Origin: Pseudomonadota bacterium
GTDB taxonomy: Bacteria; Pseudomonadota; Alphaproteobacteria; Kiloniellales; JACOMY01
Direction of reading: 5' to 3'
NCBI GenBank assembly: GCA_029781795.1
Contig: JAKOWB010000072.1
Span: 68,331 to 132,330, forward strand
Length of the DNA: 64,000 nt
In this document: positions 60,553 to 64,000 of the stretch, piece by piece
Layout: every line of letters starts with the position of its first letter
Position numbering within the stretch: the stretch's first letter is position 1
Notes under the pieces: model-generated
Database searches by the model: none
What the model was told of the DNA's origin: nothing
Seen by the model: the letters and a program-made list of their open reading frames with translations, nothing else
Program-made: the position numbers and the translations under genes

Positions 60553-61383
60553 ATGAGCCCCGGCACGTACCACCTGCATCTCGTCTCCGACGCCACCGGC
60601 GAGACCATCGCCTCGGTGGCGCGCGCCGTCCTGGTCCAGTTCGAGGGCATCGAGCCGATCGAGCATGTCTGGTCGCTGATCCGCACCGCCGGCCAGGTGG
60701 AGCGCGTGCTGGGCGGTATCCGCGCCCACCCCGGGCCGGTGCTCTATACCCTGGTCAACGACGAGCTGCGCGGCCTGCTGGTCGAGGGCTGCCGCCAGCA
60801 GGGCGTGCCGACCATCCCGGTGCTGGATCCGATCATCCGCACGCTGGCTTCGATCTTCGGGGCGCGCATCAAGGGCCGCCCCGGCCTGCAGCACGAGTTG
60901 GACGACGACTACTACCGGCGCATCGACGCCGTGCACTTCGCCCTCGGCCATGACGACGGTCAGGCGTCCGAGCGCCTGGAAGAGGCCGACGTGATCATCG
61001 TCGGCGTCTCGCGGACGTCGAAGACACCGACCTGCATGTACCTCGCCAATCGCGGCGTGAAGGCGGCCAACGTGCCGCTGGTGCCGGGCGTACCGCTGCC
61101 CGACGCCGTGCTGCAGGCGACGCGCCCGCTGGTCGTCGGCCTCACCAAGGACCCCAACTCGCTGGTCGAGGTGCGCCGCACGCGGCTGCGCCACATCGGC
61201 GAGGGCGAGCGCGAGACCGACTATGTCGACCCTGAGCTGGTGAAGGCCGAGGTGCTGGCCGCCCGCCGCCTCTTCACCCAGCAGGGCTGGCCGATGATCG
61301 ACGTCTCGCGTCGCTCGATCGAGGAGACCGCGGCGGCGATCCTGACCCTGTTGCAGGACCGCCTGGCGCGCGCGCCGGCATGA
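60553..61383 (+). CDS. DUF299 kinase/pyrophosphorylase (PpsR/PDRP-like regulatory protein)
   Basis: N-terminus HLHLVSDATGET plus a P-loop (GVSRTSKTP). Confidence 0.8.
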   Translation: MSPGTYHLHLVSDATGETIASVARAVLVQFEGIEPIEHVWSLIRTAGQVERVLGGIRAHPGPVLYTLVNDELRGLLVEGCRQQGVPTIPVLDPIIRTLASIFGARIKGRPGLQHELDDDYYRRIDAVHFALGHDDGQASERLEEADVIIVGVSRTSKTPTCMYLANRGVKAANVPLVPGVPLPDAVLQATRPLVVGLTKDPNSLVEVRRTRLRHIGEGERETDYVDPELVKAEVLAARRLFTQQGWPMIDVSRRSIEETAAAILTLLQDRLARAPA

Positions 61384-61979
61384 GCGCGGCGATCATCCTG
61401 GCGTCGGAGTCGCCGGCCCGCCGCCGCCTGCTGGAAGCCGCTGGCGTGTCCTTCGCCGCGGTCGGCGCTGCGGTGGACGAGGAGGAACTGAAACGCGCCC
61501 TCAAGGCCGAGGGTGCGAGCCCGGAACAGGCGGCCGAGGCGCTGGCCGACCTCAAGGCCCGCAAGGTCAGCCTGAAGCATCCCGGTGCGTTGGTGATCGG
61601 CGGCGACCAGCTGCTGGTCTGCGAGGGCGCCTGGTTCGACAAGCCGCGCGATGCCGCCGAGGCGGCGGCGCAGCTCGCGCTGCTGCAGGGCAAGACGCAC
61701 CGTCTCGTCACCTCGATCGTCGCCTTCCGCGATGGCGAGCGCCTCTGGCACCACCAGGAAGCGCCGGGCATCACGCTGCGCCGCCTCACGCCCGAAGCAA
61801 TCCAGCGCTATCTCGCCGCCGCCGGGCCGGGCGTGCTGAAATCGGTCGGCGTCTATCACCTGGAAGGCCTCGGCGCGCAGCTCATGCTGCGGATCGAGGG
61901 CGACCACTTCGCGGTGCAGGGCCTGCCGCTGCTGCCGCTGCTGGAGTTCCTGCGGCTGAACAAGGCGATCCCGGCATGA
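61380..61979 (+). CDS. maf: Maf-like nucleotide pyrophosphatase
   Basis: N-terminus ILASESPARRRLL. Overlaps the flanking genes by 4 nt. Confidence 0.85.
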   Translation: MSAAIILASESPARRRLLEAAGVSFAAVGAAVDEEELKRALKAEGASPEQAAEALADLKARKVSLKHPGALVIGGDQLLVCEGAWFDKPRDAAEAAAQLALLQGKTHRLVTSIVAFRDGERLWHHQEAPGITLRRLTPEAIQRYLAAAGPGVLKSVGVYHLEGLGAQLMLRIEGDHFAVQGLPLLPLLEFLRLNKAIPA

Positions 61980-62827
61980 AGACTCACGGCCTCAGCGGCA
62001 AGGCGAGGGTGGCGGCGGTGCTGGGCTGGCCGGTCAGCCACTCGCGCTCGCCGCGCCTGCACGGCCACTGGCTGCGGCGCTACGGCATCGACGGCGCCTA
62101 CGTGCCGCTGCCGGTCAGGCCGGAGGCCTTCCCCCGCGCGCTCAGGGCACTGGCCGACCTGGGTTTCGCCGGCTGCAACGTGACGGTGCCGCACAAGGAG
62201 GCCGCGCTCGCTGCCTGCGACGCGGTCAGCGACACGGCGCGCGCCATCGGCGCGGTCAACACCGTGGTGATTCGCGACGGCCGACTGCTGGGCGACAACA
62301 GCGATGCCTTCGGTTTCATCGAGAACCTGCGCCAGGGCGCGCCCGACTGGCGGCCGCTGGCCGGCCCGGCCGTGGTGCTGGGTGCCGGCGGCGCGGCCCG
62401 CGCGGTGCTCCATGCCCTGCTGCAGGCCGGGGTGCCCGAGCTGCGCCTGGTCAACCGCACCCGTGCGCGGGCGGAGGAACTGGCCGCCGCGCTCGACCGC
62501 GACGGGCGCCTCAAGGTCGGCGACTGGGACGAGCGCGAGGCGCTGCTGGAGGGCGCCGCGCTGCTGGTGAACACCACCGCGCTGGGCATGAGCGGCCAGC
62601 CGCCGCTGGAGCTCTCGCTGGCGCGCCTGCCGCCCGAGGCGCAGGTGACCGACATCGTCTACAGCCCGCTGGAGACGCCGCTGCTGGCCAAGGCCCTGGC
62701 GCGGGGCAACCCGGTGGTCGACGGCCTCGGCATGCTGCTGCACCAGGCGCGCCTCGGCTTCCGCCAGTGGTTCGGCACCGAGCCCGAGGTCGACGCCGCG
62801 CTGCGCCGCGCCGTGCTGGAGGACTGA
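61976..62827 (+). CDS. aroE: Shikimate dehydrogenase
   Basis: Motif [15 protein letters not shown] plus a Rossmann fold (GAGGAARA). Confidence 0.9.
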   Translation: MKTHGLSGKARVAAVLGWPVSHSRSPRLHGHWLRRYGIDGAYVPLPVRPEAFPRALRALADLGFAGCNVTVPHKEAALAACDAVSDTARAIGAVNTVVIRDGRLLGDNSDAFGFIENLRQGAPDWRPLAGPAVVLGAGGAARAVLHALLQAGVPELRLVNRTRARAEELAAALDRDGRLKVGDWDEREALLEGAALLVNTTALGMSGQPPLELSLARLPPEAQVTDIVYSPLETPLLAKALARGNPVVDGLGMLLHQARLGFRQWFGTEPEVDAALRRAVLED

Positions 62828-62829
62828 CC

Positions 62830-63474
62830 ATGCGGGTCCTCGGCCTCACCGGCGGCATCGCCATGGGCAAGTCGACGGCGGCCCGGCAGCTCCGCCGCCT
62901 CGGCCTGCCGCTGCACGACGCCGACGCCGCGGTGCATCGGCTCTATGCCAGGGGCGGCCCGGCGGTGCCGGCGATCCGCGCGCGCTTCCCCGAGGCCGTG
63001 GTCGAGGGCCGCGTCGACCGCCAGGTGCTGGGCCGTCTGGTCTTCGGCAAGCCGGCGGAGCTGAAGGCGCTGGAGCGCATCCTGCATCCCCTGGTGCGCC
63101 GCGGCACGCGCGCCTGGCTGCGCCAGCAGGCGCTGGCCGGCCGGCATCTCGTCGTGCTCGACATCCCGCTGCTGTTCGAGACCGGCGGCGAGCGGCTCTG
63201 CGATTTCGTCGTCGTGGTCAGCGCGCCGGGCTACCTGCAGCGCCAGCGCGCGCTGCGCCGGGCCGGCATGACGGCGCAGAAGCTGGACGCCATCCTGGCG
63301 CGCCAGACGCCCGACGCCGAGAAGCGCCGGCGCGCCGACTACGTGGTGCCGACCGGCCTCGGCTACGGCTTCGCCTTGCGGCACCTGCGCCGGGCCGTCA
63401 GACTCGCCGGGCAGGCGCCGAAGCGCGCCTGGCCGCCCGGGGGTCGCGAGTTCGGCAGCAGGAGACGGCGCTGA
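62830..63474 (+). CDS. coaE: Dephospho-CoA kinase
   Basis: N-terminus [13 protein letters not shown] (P-loop). Confidence 0.85.
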   Translation: MRVLGLTGGIAMGKSTAARQLRRLGLPLHDADAAVHRLYARGGPAVPAIRARFPEAVVEGRVDRQVLGRLVFGKPAELKALERILHPLVRRGTRAWLRQQALAGRHLVVLDIPLLFETGGERLCDFVVVVSAPGYLQRQRALRRAGMTAQKLDAILARQTPDAEKRRRADYVVPTGLGYGFALRHLRRAVRLAGQAPKRAWPPGGREFGSRRRR

Positions 63475-64000
63475 TGCGCGAGATCGTTCTCGACACCGAG
63501 ACCACGGGCCTCGACCCCGAGGCCGGGCACCGCGTGGTGGAGATCGGCTGCATCGAGCTGGTGAACCACCTGCAGACCGGCCGGCACTGGCGCGTCTACC
63601 TGAACCCCGAGCGCGACATGCCCGAGGAGGCCTTCCGCGTGCACGGCCTCTCGGCCGAGTTCCTGGCCGACAAGCCGCGCTTCGCCGAAGTGGCGGAGGA
63701 GTTCCTCGCCTTCATCGAGGACTCGGCCCTGGTGATCCACAACGCCGAGTTCGACCTGCGCTTCCTCGATGCCGAGCTGAAGCGCCTGGGCCGGCCGGGC
63801 CTGGACCGCGGCCGGGCCATCGACACCGTGCATCTGGCGCGGCGCAAGTTCCCCGGCGCGCAGGCCAGCCTGGACGCGCTCTGCCGCCGCTTCGGCGTCG
63901 ACAACTCGGGCCGGACGCTGCACGGCGCGCTGCTCGACTGCCAGCTCCTGGCCGAGGTCTACCTGGAACTGGTCGGCGGCCGTCAGCCGGAGCTGGCGGT
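63474..64000 (+). CDS. dnaQ: DNA polymerase III epsilon subunit (3'-5' exonuclease); 3' end is outside the window
   Basis: Exo I motif VLDTETTG. The ATG overlaps the coaE stop. Confidence 0.85.
   Translation, partial: MREIVLDTETTGLDPEAGHRVVEIGCIELVNHLQTGRHWRVYLNPERDMPEEAFRVHGLSAEFLADKPRFAEVAEEFLAFIEDSALVIHNAEFDLRFLDAELKRLGRPGLDRGRAIDTVHLARRKFPGAQASLDALCRRFGVDNSGRTLHGALLDCQLLAEVYLELVGGRQPELA

Overview
This is a high-GC (about 68-70%) alphaproteobacterial chromosomal segment that looks origin-proximal. I found no integrase, transposase, phage or CRISPR signal. Manual indexing may be off by 1 nt in places.

Content, left to right:
- 1-13.7 kb: a glycan/exopolysaccharide-type glycosyltransferase locus. 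It has two GT4 genes, two COG4671-like GT paralogs, a DXD/Anp1-like two-domain GT and a GT2. Co-operonic with them are a histidine-phosphatase, a two-TM membrane protein and a peptide/opine-type ABC importer module with no binding protein (duplicated ATPase plus two permeases, YejF/B/E-like).
- 13.7-14.1 kb: an AT-rich islet carrying a 28-aa hydrophobic peptide gene behind a textbook sigma70 promoter.
- 14.1-17.3 kb: membrane class-III nucleotidyl cyclase, SAM methyltransferase and MBL-fold hydrolase, all on the minus strand.
- 17.4-28.2 kb: MFS transporter; OmpR-type response regulator with an arylformamidase-like hydrolase; RibA with an N-terminal extension; L,D-transpeptidase; 2OG-Fe(II) oxygenase; YggS; a porin flanked by two divergent sulfotransferase-family genes; DUF3576 lipoprotein.
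- 28.2-38.3 kb: leuS-lptE-holA, then parB-parA-rsmG-mnmG-mnmE with three parS sites (TGTTTCACGTGAAACA-like). Two of the parS sites sit inside rsmG codons written with rare codons.
- 38.3-56 kb: mixed metabolic genes (nitroreductase, YyaL-like thioredoxin-domain protein, HIBADH-like, enolase-superfamily, YaiI, ABM, SPFH, PrpE-like CoA ligase, SDRs, NAPRTase-like, TrkH, pdxA). Also two tandem tRNA-like genes with non-canonical features (a Gly-like one and tRNA-Cys(GCA)), several REP-like palindromes and one nested palindrome.
- 56-64 kb: rho, hemJ-hemH-hemE, then divergently DUF299(ppsR-like)-maf-aroE-coaE-dnaQ. The 372-bp hemE/DUF299 intergenic region carries DnaA-box-like motifs and an AT-richer stretch, so it is a Cori-type oriC candidate.
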